Positions 30,257 to 43,500 of a DNA stretch of 64,000 nt are shown here, piece after piece (position 1 is the first letter of the stretch; every line of letters starts with the position of its first letter). The position numbers were made by a program, and so were the translations under genes. The DNA is from Octopus vulgaris (Eukaryota). The notes beneath the pieces were generated by a model. That model saw only the letters and a list, made by a program, of their open reading frames with translations. It made no database searches and was not told where the DNA came from. The DNA lies in assembly GCA_951406725.2 (NCBI GenBank), contig OX597833.1, positions 24,862,001-24,926,000 of the forward strand. Direction: 5' to 3'.

Positions 30257-30515
30257 TTGCAGCGTTGAAGGTGTTTATAAGCCATTTAAGAAACACACAA
30301 AAACCGTTAGATTCACTTCAACATTTAAATTTAATTTGTCAAAATATTTTCGTCGCTTTGAGACCGCGACCTGTTAGCACGATATTTTTGTCAGTGAACA
30401 GGTCGCGGTCTGAAAGCGACGAAAATATTTTGGCAAATTAAATTTAAATGTTGAAGTGAATGTAACGGTTTTTGTGTGTTTCTTAAATGGCTTACAAACA
30501 CCTTCCAGGCTGCAA
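30257..30515. repeat. long inverted repeat (about 120-bp arms, about 20-nt loop), PLE terminal-repeat-like; second copy at 32432-32690
   Basis: ttgcagc...gcgacctgtt is complementary to aacaggtcgc...gctgcaa. Confidence 0.9.
30387..30437 (+). ncRNA. hammerhead-like motif with variant core GUGAACA; second copy at 32562-32612
   Basis: TTTGTCA-GTGAACA-G-GTCGC(loop)GCGAC-GAAA-ATAT-TT-TGGCAAA. Confidence 0.6.
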
Positions 30516-30883
30516 TATATATATACACACATATATATATATATGTATGTATGTATGTATATGTGTATATGTGTATGCATGTATGTGTGTGTGTGTGCGT
30601 GTCTGTGCTTGTGATTGTCCTCCACCACTGCTTGACAACGAATGTTGGTTTGTTTACATCCCTGTCACCTAGTGGTTTGACAAAGGAAACAGATAGAATA
30701 AGTACAATGCTTACAAAAATAAAACTGGAGTTGATTCATTAAACTACAATTCTTCAAGGCATTGCCCCAGCATGGCCACAGACCAATGGCTGGAAAAAGC
30801 AGAAGAATAAAAGAATACATTCTCTGCTTTGGTCTTATGTTCAAGGCATGAGAAAGCTTGAGTTTACATGAGAAGGCCTAACA

Positions 30884-31360
30884 GACCTGGTAGAAACAGC
30901 AGCGAAATCTCCCTCAAATCACACCTTACTGTCTTATGTATGTATATATATATGAGCCAATGAGGGGGACCTCTACATGGTAGCTAGACCTGGTAGAAAT
31001 AGCAGCCAAATTTCCCCCAAATCACACCTTACTGTCTTATCTATGTATATATGTATGTATGAGCCTATGAGGGAGACCCCTACATGCAGCTAGACCTGGT
31101 AGAAATAGCAGCCAAATTTCCCCCAAATCACACCTTACTGTCTTATCTATGTATATATGTATGTATGAGCCTATGAGGGAGACCCCTACATGGCAGCTAG
31201 ACCTGGTAGAAATAGCAGCCAAATTTCCCCCAAATCACACCTTACTGTCTTATCTATGTATATATGTATGTATGAGCCTATGAGGGAGACCCCTACATGG
31301 CAGCTAGACATGGTAGAAATAGCAGCCAAATCTCCCTCAAATCACACCTTACTGTCTTAT
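30884..31360 (+). repeat. 107-bp minisatellite, about 4.5 copies; repeated at 33048-33527
   Basis: Unit agacctggtagaaatagcagccaaatttcccccaaatcacaccttactgtcttatctatg...cctacatggcagct. Confidence 0.9.
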
Positions 31361-34008
31361 CTTTCTGCTACTTTGATATAGGTGTTATATTCGTCGTAAA
31401 AAACTTTCCTGTCACACACTCACGCACACGCACACACACACACACACACACGCACCCTCACACACACACACACGCGCACACCCACACCCACCCACTCACA
31501 CACACGCACGTTAGCATACAATTTTATTTATATATTTGCGTGTCTATGTGTTGAAAGAGGAAGTGGGAGGCAGAGTGAAAGAATCACTCACTACAGTAAG
31601 TCAATTACTTTCATTTTATTCGTTGCCCACTGTGTGTGTGCGTTTGCGTGTGCTGTAAACCAGACTAAGAAAAGCATTTGACACACACACCAGAATGTGA
31701 GTTTTCTGTAAATTTTGCTTAATTGGAGTTTAAATTTTAAAAACTGGACCTGGCATGACGCGATGCATTGTACTCTTAAAAATGCAAGGTAAATTGTAAT
31801 TGAAGAAATCCTATATTGTAGATTTGTATAACTCCCAAAGGGAGGCAGATAAAATCTGCCTTTTATAATAAGACTAGCAGTATCGCCCGGCGTTGCTCGG
31901 GTTTGTAAGGGAAATAATTATATAAGCATTTTTAGAGATGTAAAGTATAATAGCCATCTCAATATGGCTAACCACAAAGGGGGAGGGGTGTTACTGTAGC
32001 TTTTTACGTTCTGAGATTTAATAATAAATTTTAGAGAGTTACTTCCCTTATATATGTCAAAAATGGATTAAAAATGGGAAAAATTGATGGTAAATTTTTT
32101 TTTAAATCGTAGACTCATCGTAGACGTGCGCTAATACCCAGACGGTCTCGATATGAATCACGACTATAAGATACCCGGTTTTGGTTAAACTGCACCGCAA
32201 AATGTGGGAGTAGTTAGGAATCTAAATCGTAGGAGACAGACACACAACCTCACTTTTATATATAAAGATTTCCTCTATTTACATATTATTGAGGTCTCTT
32301 TTTTTTCTTTTGTTATCTTACTGTTTTTACCAATATACATATATACATATATATAAATATATATATAGTTACAGAGATGTACTTGCATAGCAAGTGACTT
32401 GATCTGAGATCGTGTGCTGGAACGAAAACAGTTGCAGCGTTGAAGGTGTTTATAAGCCATTTAAGAAACACACAAAAACCGTTAGATTCACTTCAACATT
32501 TAAATTTAATTTGTCAAAATATTTTCGTCGCTTTGAGACCGCGACCTGTTAGCACGATATTTTTGTCAGTGAACAGGTCGCGGTCTGAAAGCGACGAAAA
32601 TATTTTGGCAAATTAAATTTAAATGTTGAAGTGAATGTAACGGTTTTTGTGTGTTTTTTAAATGGCTTAGAAACACCTTCCAGGCTGCAATATATATATA
32701 CACACATATATATATATGTATGTATGTATGTGTGTATATGTGTATGCATGTATGTGTGTGTGCGTGTCTGTGCTTGTGATTGTCCTCCATCACTGCTTGA
32801 CAACGAATGTTGGTTTGTTTACATCCCTGTCACCTAGTGGTTTGACAAAGGAAACAGATAGAATAAGTACAATGCTTACAAAAATAAAACTTGAGTTGAT
32901 TCATTAAACTACAATTCTTCAAGGCATTGCCCCAGCATGGCCACAGACCAATGGCTGGAAAAAGCAGAAGAATAAAAGAATACATTCTCTGCTTTGGTCT
33001 TATGTTCAAGGCATGAGAAAGCTTGAGTTTACATGAGAAGGCCTAACAGACCTGGTAGAAACAGCACCGAAATCTCCCTCAAATCACACCTTACTGTCTT
33101 ATGTATGTATATATATATGAGCCAATGAGGGGGACCTCTACATGGTAGCTAGACCTGGTAGAAATAGCAGCCAAATTTCCCCCAAATCACACCTTACTGT
33201 CTTATCTATGTATATATGTATGTATGAGCCTATGAGGGAGACCCCTACATGGCAGCTAGACCTGGTAGAAATAGCAGCCAAATTTCCCCCAAATCACACC
33301 TTACTGTCTTATCTATGTATATATGTATGTATGAGCCTATGAGGGAGACCCCTACATGGCAGCTAGACCTGGTAGAAATAGCAGCCAAATTTCCCCCAAA
33401 TCACACCTTACTGTCTTATCTATGTATATATGTATGTATGAGCCTATGAGGGAGACCCCTACATGGCAGCTAGACATGGTAGAAATAGCAGCCAAATCTC
33501 CCTCAAATCACACCTTACTGTCTTATCTTTCTGCTACTTGGATATAGGTGTTATATTCGTCGTAAAAAACTTTCCTGTCACACACTCACGCACACGCACA
33601 CACACACACACACGCACCCTCACACACACACGCGCACACCCACGCACGTTAGCTTACAATTTTATTTATAGATTTGCGTGTCTATGTGTTGAAAGAGGAA
33701 GTGGGAGGCAGAGTGAAAGAATCACTCACTACAGTAAGTCAATTACTTTCATTTTATTCGTTGCCCACTGTGTGTGTGCGTTTGCGTGTGCTGTAAACCA
33801 GACTAAGAAAAGCATTTGACACACACACCAGAATGTGAGTTTTCTGTAAATTTTGCTTAATTGGAGTTTAAATTTTAAAAACTGGACCTGGCATGACGCG
33901 ATGCATTGTACTCTTAAAAATGCAAGGTAAATTGTAATTGAAGAAATCCTATATTGTAGATTTGTATAACTCCCAAAGGGAGGCAGATAAAATCTGCCTT
34001 TTATAATA

Positions 34009-34066
<58 letters not shown>

Positions 34067-34099
34067 GTATGTACATATATATGCATGTATGTATCTATG

Positions 34100-34590
34100 A
34101 TTGTATATCCTTTTAGTCTTTGGTCCTTTTCCAGAGGTTGTGTCCATGCTGGAGCACCGCCTCTCAGTGTTTTGGGGGTCTCTTTTCGGTACAGTTCTTG
34201 GTGAAGATGCGAGTTGGACGAAGCTGTTCCTCTTTGTGCCCCGTGTCGCGATATGGCCTCATATAAGATTTCAGATAAAAATTTGTCCAGGTGCATTTTG
34301 ATCGTCTCCACATCTACACCTCTTAGGTTCTTTGGCAGGACGTTAAACAGTTGTGGTCTCCCGAAAGCGAGATTGTTGCAATGCTGGGCCCTTATCTTCA
34401 ATGAAGAAGTCCATATCTTTGGTATAATGCAGCGCCGTCCATTTCGGTGATTGGTATAGCTTTTAATTCCATAGTTTGGAGCTAGACCTTCTGGGATCTT
34501 CCATATGTATATAACTGCATACCTTTCTTGCCTTCTCTCGAAGGAGCAGAGCTTCATTCCTTGTAGCCTCTCTCAGTAACTCATGTTTCA
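34100..34590 (-). mobile_element. CR1/L2-like LINE 3' end
   Basis: SFERRQERYAVIYIWK...PQLFNVLPKNLR...KMHLDKFL is the typical post-RT C-terminus of CR1-group ORF2. Confidence 0.8.
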
Positions 34591-34701
34591 TCGAGTCAGC
34601 CTTCTTCTATATGCATATACCTACCTACCTACATACATACATACATACATACATATACATATATATATATATACGTATATATATATATATATATATATAA
34701 A

Positions 34702-34769
34702 TCGGGCCGACCAATGCCTTGTGAGTGGATTTGGTAGACGGAAACTGAAAGAAGCCTGTCGTATATATG

Positions 34770-34802
<33 letters not shown>

Positions 34803-35025
34803 GTGTGTATAAGTTTGTGTGTCTGTGTTTGTCCCCCTAGCATTGCTTGACAACCGATGCTGGTGTGTTTACGTCCCCGTCACTTAGTGGTTCAGCAAAA
34901 AGAGACCGATAGAATAAGTACTGGGCTTACAAAGAATAAGTCCCGGGGTCGATTTGCTCGACTAAAAGGCGGTGCTCCAGCATGGCCGCAGTCAAATGAC
35001 TGAAACAAGTAAAAGAGTAAAAGAG
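34702..35025 (+). mobile_element. SINE family A, 5'-truncated, complete tail
   Basis: Matches 5190-5390 and ends ggcggtgctccagcatggccgcagtcaaatgactgaaacaagtaaaagagtaaaagag. Confidence 0.85.
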
Positions 35026-35047
35026 TATATATATATATATATATATA

Positions 35048-35087
<40 letters not shown>

Positions 35088-35604
35088 TGTGTGTGTGTAC
35101 TTATAATGCGGGCAATTTCATGGTACTGCCACACGCAAGAAGAGAATGTTAAATGACTCTAAAATTACCTTATTTGTCGCATAACCACAAGCTGAGGCTT
35201 GACATACACAACGTACATATTCATGCAAACATTTGTAGATGCGCTGGAGAGGCGTAGTTGTATTTGAATGGTTTGTATAAATAGAGTAAAGGGAGTTATA
35301 ACCCTGAAGTAGAAATCAATTGATCTATGGCTAAATCTTTTTTGTTCATTTACCTCATAGGAAACATTTGACATCTTCTTCTAGCATGTGGCACTACCAT
35401 ATAGTTGCTCTTATCATAATTATTATAGAAAATTATATAATCTGCATTAATTTACACCTAAAAGCTTTTACATGATAGCTACCTGATAGGATCCAATACA
35501 TCCTATACATGCATACATATACATATATACATACATACATACATACATACATACACATGCATACATATATACATACATATATATATACACACACACATAA
35601 ATAT

Positions 35605-35681
<77 letters not shown>

Positions 35682-35682
35682 C

Positions 35683-35716
<34 letters not shown>

Positions 35717-35743
35717 GTTCATGCAGTCATAAATGACAGAGAA

Positions 35744-36035
35744 ATAGTTTGATGAAATTTTATTTAACAATAAGAACATCCTAATATCACGAGAAATAGT
35801 TTCGTAACGTAATAACATAAATAATTTATATTATCATTTTAGATAATAAATAATTTACCAGAGGACGTAGCTTAAGTTCTTCATTATATTGAAGGATTTT
35901 TTTTCATTTTGCATTAATGCAAGCAGGTAAGTAGTTTATTTCTTATTAAGAATTATCTGCATGTTTTTAAGTTACGAAGTAATTTCTCGTGATATTAACA
36001 TTTCCTTATTGTAAAATAAAATTTCATCAAACTAT
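35744..36035. mobile_element. MITE with about 65-bp terminal inverted repeats
   Basis: atagtttgatgaaattttattt...tcacgagaaa..ttcgtaac versus gttacgaa..tttctcgtga...aaataaaatttcatcaaactat. Confidence 0.7.
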
Positions 36036-36339
36036 GGCTTTATACACTCCTTATAATTTTCTGTTATATCGTACTATATATATTCTATGTTTTGTAGAAT
36101 AATACCTTAAAGAACATTTTTTTATGAGTATTGCCGTATTACTTGAATCCATATATAGTGAATTAAATTTATATACATGTATGTATGCATGCATGTATAC
36201 ACACACAGATACACACACATACACACACACACACATTATAGAGCGTAATAAGAATCTAAGTTTTCAATCTAATCCTTATCTTACTAACTCCTTATCTTAT
36301 CTGCTCAACCGTACATTATTTTTATTTTTTTGTATTTAT

Positions 36340-36632
36340 GTACCCTTTTCAAGCCTAGCCAGGCTCATGGGCCCGGTTTCTATGGCATATGTGTTCCCGC
36401 TTGCTGGACGGGCCGCTATCCGTCGCAGCGTTACTCAAGAAACAGGAAGAAAGGGTGAGAGAAAATTGGGGCTAAAGAGAACAACAGGGGTCGCCACCAT
36501 CCCCGGTCGGAACATCGTGGAACTTTAGGTGTTTCCGCTCAATAAACACACACAACGCCCGGTCTGGGAATCAGAACCATGATCCTCCGACCGCGAGATC
36601 GCTGCCCTAAGCACTGGGTCATTGCGCCCCCA
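36340..36632 (-). mobile_element. SINE with family B head and a different 3' body
   Basis: The reverse complement begins ggggcgcaatgacccagtgcttagggcagcg, but the 3' half differs from the 8706 and 44627 copies. Confidence 0.75.
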
Positions 36633-37119
36633 CCAACCGTACATTAGGATACATAAACATGCTTCACTATAGCCAATACTAGGCTTTTAACTGCACACAT
36701 GCTTACAAAAATAAAACTCGCATTCAAACATTTAATGAGTTCAATTGACAAAGTGATCGTACAGTTACCACGATGCTGGATCGATTGCAGAACAGTGGGA
36801 TTAGGAAGCACATTTTTTAGCGTCGGATATGGTTAGATATGGGTATACATAATAAATCTCTATATCTTTAAGGACACACCCACACACACTCATACGCACA
36901 CATACAAACACAGACATGCACACACGCGCGCACAAGTATATATATAAGTATATATATATAAGTACACCCACACACACTCATACGCACACATACAAACACA
37001 TACATGCACACACGCGCGCACAAGTATATATATAAGTATATATATAAGTATATATATATATATATATATATAGTATACATGCGTACTTTACATATATATA
37101 CATACATTCATGCCTCTGC

Positions 37120-37207
<88 letters not shown>

Positions 37208-37800
37208 TATTTAATTTTTAAGACCTGAGAATGAGAGGATCGCAAAGGGCTTCGTTTAGGCTAATTTGTACGCTTCTTGGCTCTGATTTCATGTTCTCCC
37301 ACTTCTAACTTTCTTTTATTCTTTCTAAGTCGAGGAAATAATTATCAGCCACAGAATTACTGATCCATTACACTACACTCAATCATTTCTCTAGAAAACT
37401 TTGTTGGACCCGTGGCCAAAAAGTTTTTATATTTCTAAGGGGAATCACTCTTCTACGGCACACTACAAGGGACATAACTTTTGACTGCGTATATATGTTG
37501 GCTAAATATTGATTTGGATCACACGTTTAAGGGATTCTTGTGTTGAGGAAATGTCAATCTTATTGCCTAACATCAGTCACAGCATATTTATCTAATTTTG
37601 TTACCGGGAAGAATGAAAGGAAATCTCACTGTAACAGTAACCGGTTGAAACTTTGTTTTTAGTCTTTATGACTTATAAGCAGACTCCCTGTGTGTTTGTG
37701 TTTGTGTGTGCGTGTGTGCCTGTATTTTTGCGTCCGTGCTTGTATGCTTGTATATAGATATATGTATATACGCATACAAACACACATCTATCTATCTATA

Positions 37801-37869
<69 letters not shown>

Positions 37870-37907
37870 GTCTTTCTATGTATCTATCTGTCTTTCTATC
37901 TATCTTC

Positions 37908-37938
<31 letters not shown>

Positions 37939-37983
37939 CCTACCTACCTACCTACCTACCTACCTACCTACCTACCTACCTAC

Positions 37984-38047
<64 letters not shown>

Positions 38048-38057
38048 TTGTCTGTTT

Positions 38058-38089
<32 letters not shown>

Positions 38090-39167
38090 CGTCCGTCCGT
38101 CTGTCTGACTATCTGGTTGTCTGTCTGACTGTCTGTCTGACTGCTTGCCTGTCTGTCTGTCTGTCTGCCTGTCTGCCTTTCTGTCCGTTTATACACATAC
38201 GCAATAACATTCACACACATATAATTCAAATGGAACTGAGCCAAAAGAAATAACACAGACTGGTCAGCAGCATGCCTTTGAACAACAGTTCAAATACAGA
38301 TATATGAAGTACCACACAACATAAATTGTTGAGGTATTAAAATTATCTCCATCTCCAGAGGAAGTGCTATAGTTATCATATGCCATTCAAGACGAGCTCC
38401 TCACGAGTTGGGGAAATAATTTTAACAATCAAAATTCCTCCAGTGATGACAATCCATTATACAAAAGGACAGGTTTATTGTCTAGATATAAGACAGCAGT
38501 CGTGGACACGTGTCTCTGCCTCAATATCAGCAGAAGAAATGTCCAACCCTATCTCTATCAGCCAAGGGAGATAGAAGTGTAGAATACTTTTATGGGTAAG
38601 GTCATTTGCATAAATCAAGCAAAAATGAGTTAAGAAGAATAACTCAGACTGGTTAGTAGCTTGCCTTATGATAAATGTGACATATACACTTTATGCAGAA
38701 ATAGTTTTAATAAATGAAGAATCTATGTTTTATTTTCCATGTACTTTTGTCAATAGGGCATAGAAAATCGCACGTAAACGGATGCAAACATCATGTGTTC
38801 TGTGCATGGCAATGAAGAGATGAAGGCGTGTCCCATTCTCAAATGTTATTTGTTTAGTGGTGCTTCTGGTGGGAGAGGTTGAGGGACCAAAAATATCACA
38901 ACTTACTGTCAACTAATCATATTTGAATGTATTTGCAAATATATTGATAAGTTTGTCACGCTGTGCACGGTTTTGAAATTGGAGACTGATCTTCTCAGAT
39001 TTATTATCAAAAAGCTTCAAATTCTAATAAAATATACATACTCTACTTTACGTATTGGTTACTGTAGACGTTTACCAGTCAGCACACATACAGACACGCG
39101 AACACGCACATATGCACGCATACATATATGCGTATATATAGAAAAATATACATACTTAGGCACAAAC

Positions 39168-39225
<58 letters not shown>

Positions 39226-40018
39226 TATATAGTGTATATTTATACACATAAGGAATCCACTTATCGGAATTCAACACGTTAGAAAGAACAGCATGATTAT
39301 ATAACCACAAAAATTGGGGATAAAATTCGACAGGAACGAATTAAAAATTGAAAAAACATTTTACCATCAAGTTTCCTGGACCAATTGGTTTCTGGTTTTA
39401 GTTTAGCGAGTCAAGGAACTCACTACTTGCCTCGTGTTTATACGTCCTAACCTTTTCAAAATCTACTGCGCAGCCGCAGTCCTTCGCCGGCAATAAAAAA
39501 AAACAGCCACCTGTTAAAACCGAAAATTATCCAAAAAACTTTCAATATTTAATCATATCAAAGGGAAATGGAAATTAATTAAAATTTACATTTCCAGTGG
39601 TCTAACGTGTAAAAGATTTAGTCAAAAAGACTATATATTAGTCATACGATATAGTGTATATTTATACATATAAGGAATTCAACACGTTAGAAAGAACAGC
39701 TAGGTTCTATAACCACAAAAATTAGGGATAAAATTCGACAGGAACGAATTGAAAAATGAAAAACATTTTACCATCTAAAAATAAGATACTTTCGCTCACA
39801 AACTGGCTACCAAGTGGATGGCGGGACAAAATGTACTCTGAATTAGAGTAATAGAACAGACACACACATACATGCATGCATACATACATACATACATACA
39901 TACATACATACATACATACATACACATACATACATACATACATACATACATACATACATACATACATACATACATACATACACACATACATACATACATA
40001 CATACATACATACATACA

Positions 40019-40049
<31 letters not shown>

Positions 40050-40445
40050 GCATACATAGATGTATGCATAAATATATAGGTATACTGTAGAATTTTTTTG
40101 GCGAAGAACCTGTGTTCAGCTGAACTAGAATAATCAAAAAATAGCATTCAGTGCTATGTCTTCATATAAACGAAATACACAAGTATACACACAAACGCGT
40201 CTGCACACACACAGATACATGCACACTCTCGGGCACGCACGTACATACACATACTTCTCTCTCTCTCTCTCTCTCTCTTGCACACATACACACACACTCA
40301 CACAGTTACTCACACTTTTATGAATACCAATACAGATACAAATTGTACTTTGTAATTATAAGTCTATTCAACAGAGATATTTGGCTTTCGAATCAACAAT
40401 GCTCCAGTTAATCAAACATTACTGTTTCTTCGATACGTCTATGAT

Positions 40446-40548
<103 letters not shown>

Positions 40549-43500
40549 TTTGCATTGCGTATATATAACCCAGTTAATTATGTAAGTATGCTGACATAGG
40601 TTTATATGAAACTGTATATGGACATCCCACTTTTTATCACGCATGTCATTTTATCAAGGCATAGTTTGTTTCATGTGTGCCTTCCTTCATCCGATGTGTG
40701 GCGACAAGAGTGATAAAGGAATGTCGTTATAACATGATGCAGAACAAATACCACAAGGGACTCCATTCAGCAGGGTAGCTAGCTTTTACCGACGTATACC
40801 TCTATATCTAATCATATACACGCTAGAATGTAACTTTGATAAATCAAGAAATTTTGTTATATGGGATTTGACATACTGGTGTGCGTGCGTGTGTGTGTGT
40901 ACGCGCGCGCGCGCGCGTGTGTGTGTGTTTGTATGTATGAGTATATATATGACTGGGTTTGTGTGTGTCAGTGATGAACTAGAATGTGAGTTATCAACTT
41001 CGCGTTGTGTAATTCGTAATTTCTTTTAAATGGCTGTTCCTTCTTAACTAGATACCAATAGTTTTATGTAATTAATACACAATTATTCAATCGTAGTTTA
41101 AAGAAAACTGGTATAAAATCGGCCATTTTGTTTGAATGAGTGTAAATGAGATTTCAAACGAGATTTCGTACAACATGTGGCATAAAGAGAAAATAAATAA
41201 TTAAATCACTCAAGGTATGAAATCTTTCAGGGAGAATACTATTGGTTATTTCCCCTGTGGTGTATGTGAACGGCGGATTATGGCAGAAGTATAATGGAAG
41301 TTCGATGAAATTAACATAAATTTTGTATTTACAGATATAATATGAAATATTATTTCGTATAATGTAATCTTGAAATTATTAATTGATACACCTCTCGAAG
41401 ATTTGTGCTGGAATACGACGACGACAAGGACGATGGCGGTGAAGGCAGCGGCGCGGTGATGAGAACAGCAAAATAAGAAGTGAGACAGAAATGGTGGATT
41501 TGTAAGGAGTCTCAGAAGAAAAAAATCCTCATTAAGAAAAGAAATTAGAGTAATAATTACACTAGTGCTTTGTGGGGCTGTAGATGACATGAGCATGTTC
41601 TTTCACTTCTGACTTACAACTACAATAATCATGAAAAAATATGAAGTTGTCCGTAGATTCTGTGGTAATAATCAAATGGAAGAATATATTAACTGGAGGA
41701 AAAGTAAGCGCTGACATTCTGGCATACAGCAACGATTGCATGTGATACTGAAAGTTCTGTATTTGATTTCATAAAAGAGGCGAAGGCATATAAGAAGCAC
41801 TTCAATTTCAGCAGTGCGTATAGAGGAAAATAGGTTTTTGTGCAGTAAAGCATATAATATTAGCCCAATTCTGCATATGGGAATCGGAGTGACTGTTTGA
41901 GATATTTGTTAGGGGAAAAAATTAGAACTATATGCCATCATATACGGTATGTATCCCAATGCATTTAAAAATAATGGTATTACTTGCAGTAAAGACTTCA
42001 CTGCTAAGTGGACTCGGCAGTAGAAGGTTGGTTAAGACGATGAATCTTGGGGAAAAGTTATCGTCCGTTGGTGGCTGTCAATTCATTTCGCTCAAATGTT
42101 ACTTTTGATCTTGAGAAAGATCATCCACACTTATACGAGTCAATTCTTCGATACAATGCTTCAGATACAAAACAGCCTTCTTCACAAATCTCACCGCTTC
42201 CCATAAAGTCCTTTGCGTGACATTGGTGTAGCCGATTTGATTATCATAGTGTTCATTAGAACTTATTTCATTGGCCCTAAATGGATTAAACATAAAAACT
42301 ATCTGACCAGAATGTAAATTTGGGATTAACGGATGTATAACTAAAGCATTTTGTCCGATATTGCTGACTCTCCTGTTTCGCCATTTTGTAACACTGGCGT
42401 ATGGCCATATATTTGAAGGAGGAGGATGGCTGATAATATCGATATCACTTCTTCAATAGTGATTTATTTTATGGAGACACGAAAGGATGTTAGATGGTTG
42501 TAATCTGAGTGGGATTTAAACCCAGAACGATAAAAGCCGAAACAAATTCTGTGAGGAATTTTGATCAACAAACTATCGATACTGTCAACAGTACTAGGAA
42601 TAGTTCTTTCTCTTGTAGGCACAAGGCCTGAAGTTTTTGTTGTGGGAAATAGCCGATCACATTGACCCCGAAAGGATGCTGATCATGGTAGAAATTGAAC
42701 TCAGAACGTAAGGATAGACGAAATGCCGCTGAGCATTGTACGGAGTGCTAACGATTTTACCAGCTCGTTTACTTGCAACAACAATAGTTGCTAACATTAA
42801 TAGTCGTTCCTAACATAGAGACACGGCCAAAAATTTGTGTGGAGGGAAAACCGACTATGTTGAACCGGTATTTGAGAAGTTTTTTGTTTTTTTTACTTTA
42901 TCAATCCTGGAAAGAAGAAAAGCTGGATTTGAACCAAAGGTGTAATAAGTGTCGCAAGAAATTGTGACAGATGCTCTAGCGATAATTCTCGTCCACCGTC
43001 AATAATTATGAACATAATAATTGTTTCAAATATAGGCCCGAAATTTGGGGAGCGGGGTTAGCCGATACCATTGACCCCACTACTTGATTGGCACTTTGGA
43101 TGAAAAATGAAACCGGAGTTTGAAACTAGGTCGTAAGAAATCGGAAACAAATGCTACAGTGGATTTTGTCCGACGCTTTGAACAACAATTCACAGTTCAC
43201 AACGATGATGAAAATAATAATAATAATGGTAAACTTTGGCAACCACTACATACACGGTCTCTCTTCCTGTACCTCCTCCTGCTCCTCCACCTCCATGATG
43301 ATGACGATGTCGTCGTCGTCATCGTGATCTTCATCATCATCATTGTCATAGTCGACACATTTCCTTTACCATCTTCTTTCCCCCCTCTTCAGATTAACCA
43401 ATTAAAACACTGCAATTATTGCCAGACTAAATTACCACAAATCATTGCGCATACTTGTTTTTAGAATATAATTCTGAAATATTAAAAAAAGAATTTATAG

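Larger units (their letters stand above)
29431..34011 (-). mobile_element. tandem array of a composite Helitron unit (2 full copies plus a partial one)
   Basis: Units 34011-31874 (2138 bp), 31873-29700 (2174 bp) and 29699-29431 (partial). Junctions read CTAG|TCTTATTATAAAA on the minus strand. Confidence 0.85.

Noticed and set aside
30884-31360. Regularly spaced repeats as a CRISPR array
   Set aside because: The whole 107-bp unit repeats with no unique spacers, the context is eukaryotic, and there are no cas genes.
41090-42290. Possible piggyBac-like remnant or coding exon
   Set aside because: Only a vague terminal resemblance (ctaaatggattaa). No readable transposase motif and no consistent open frame.
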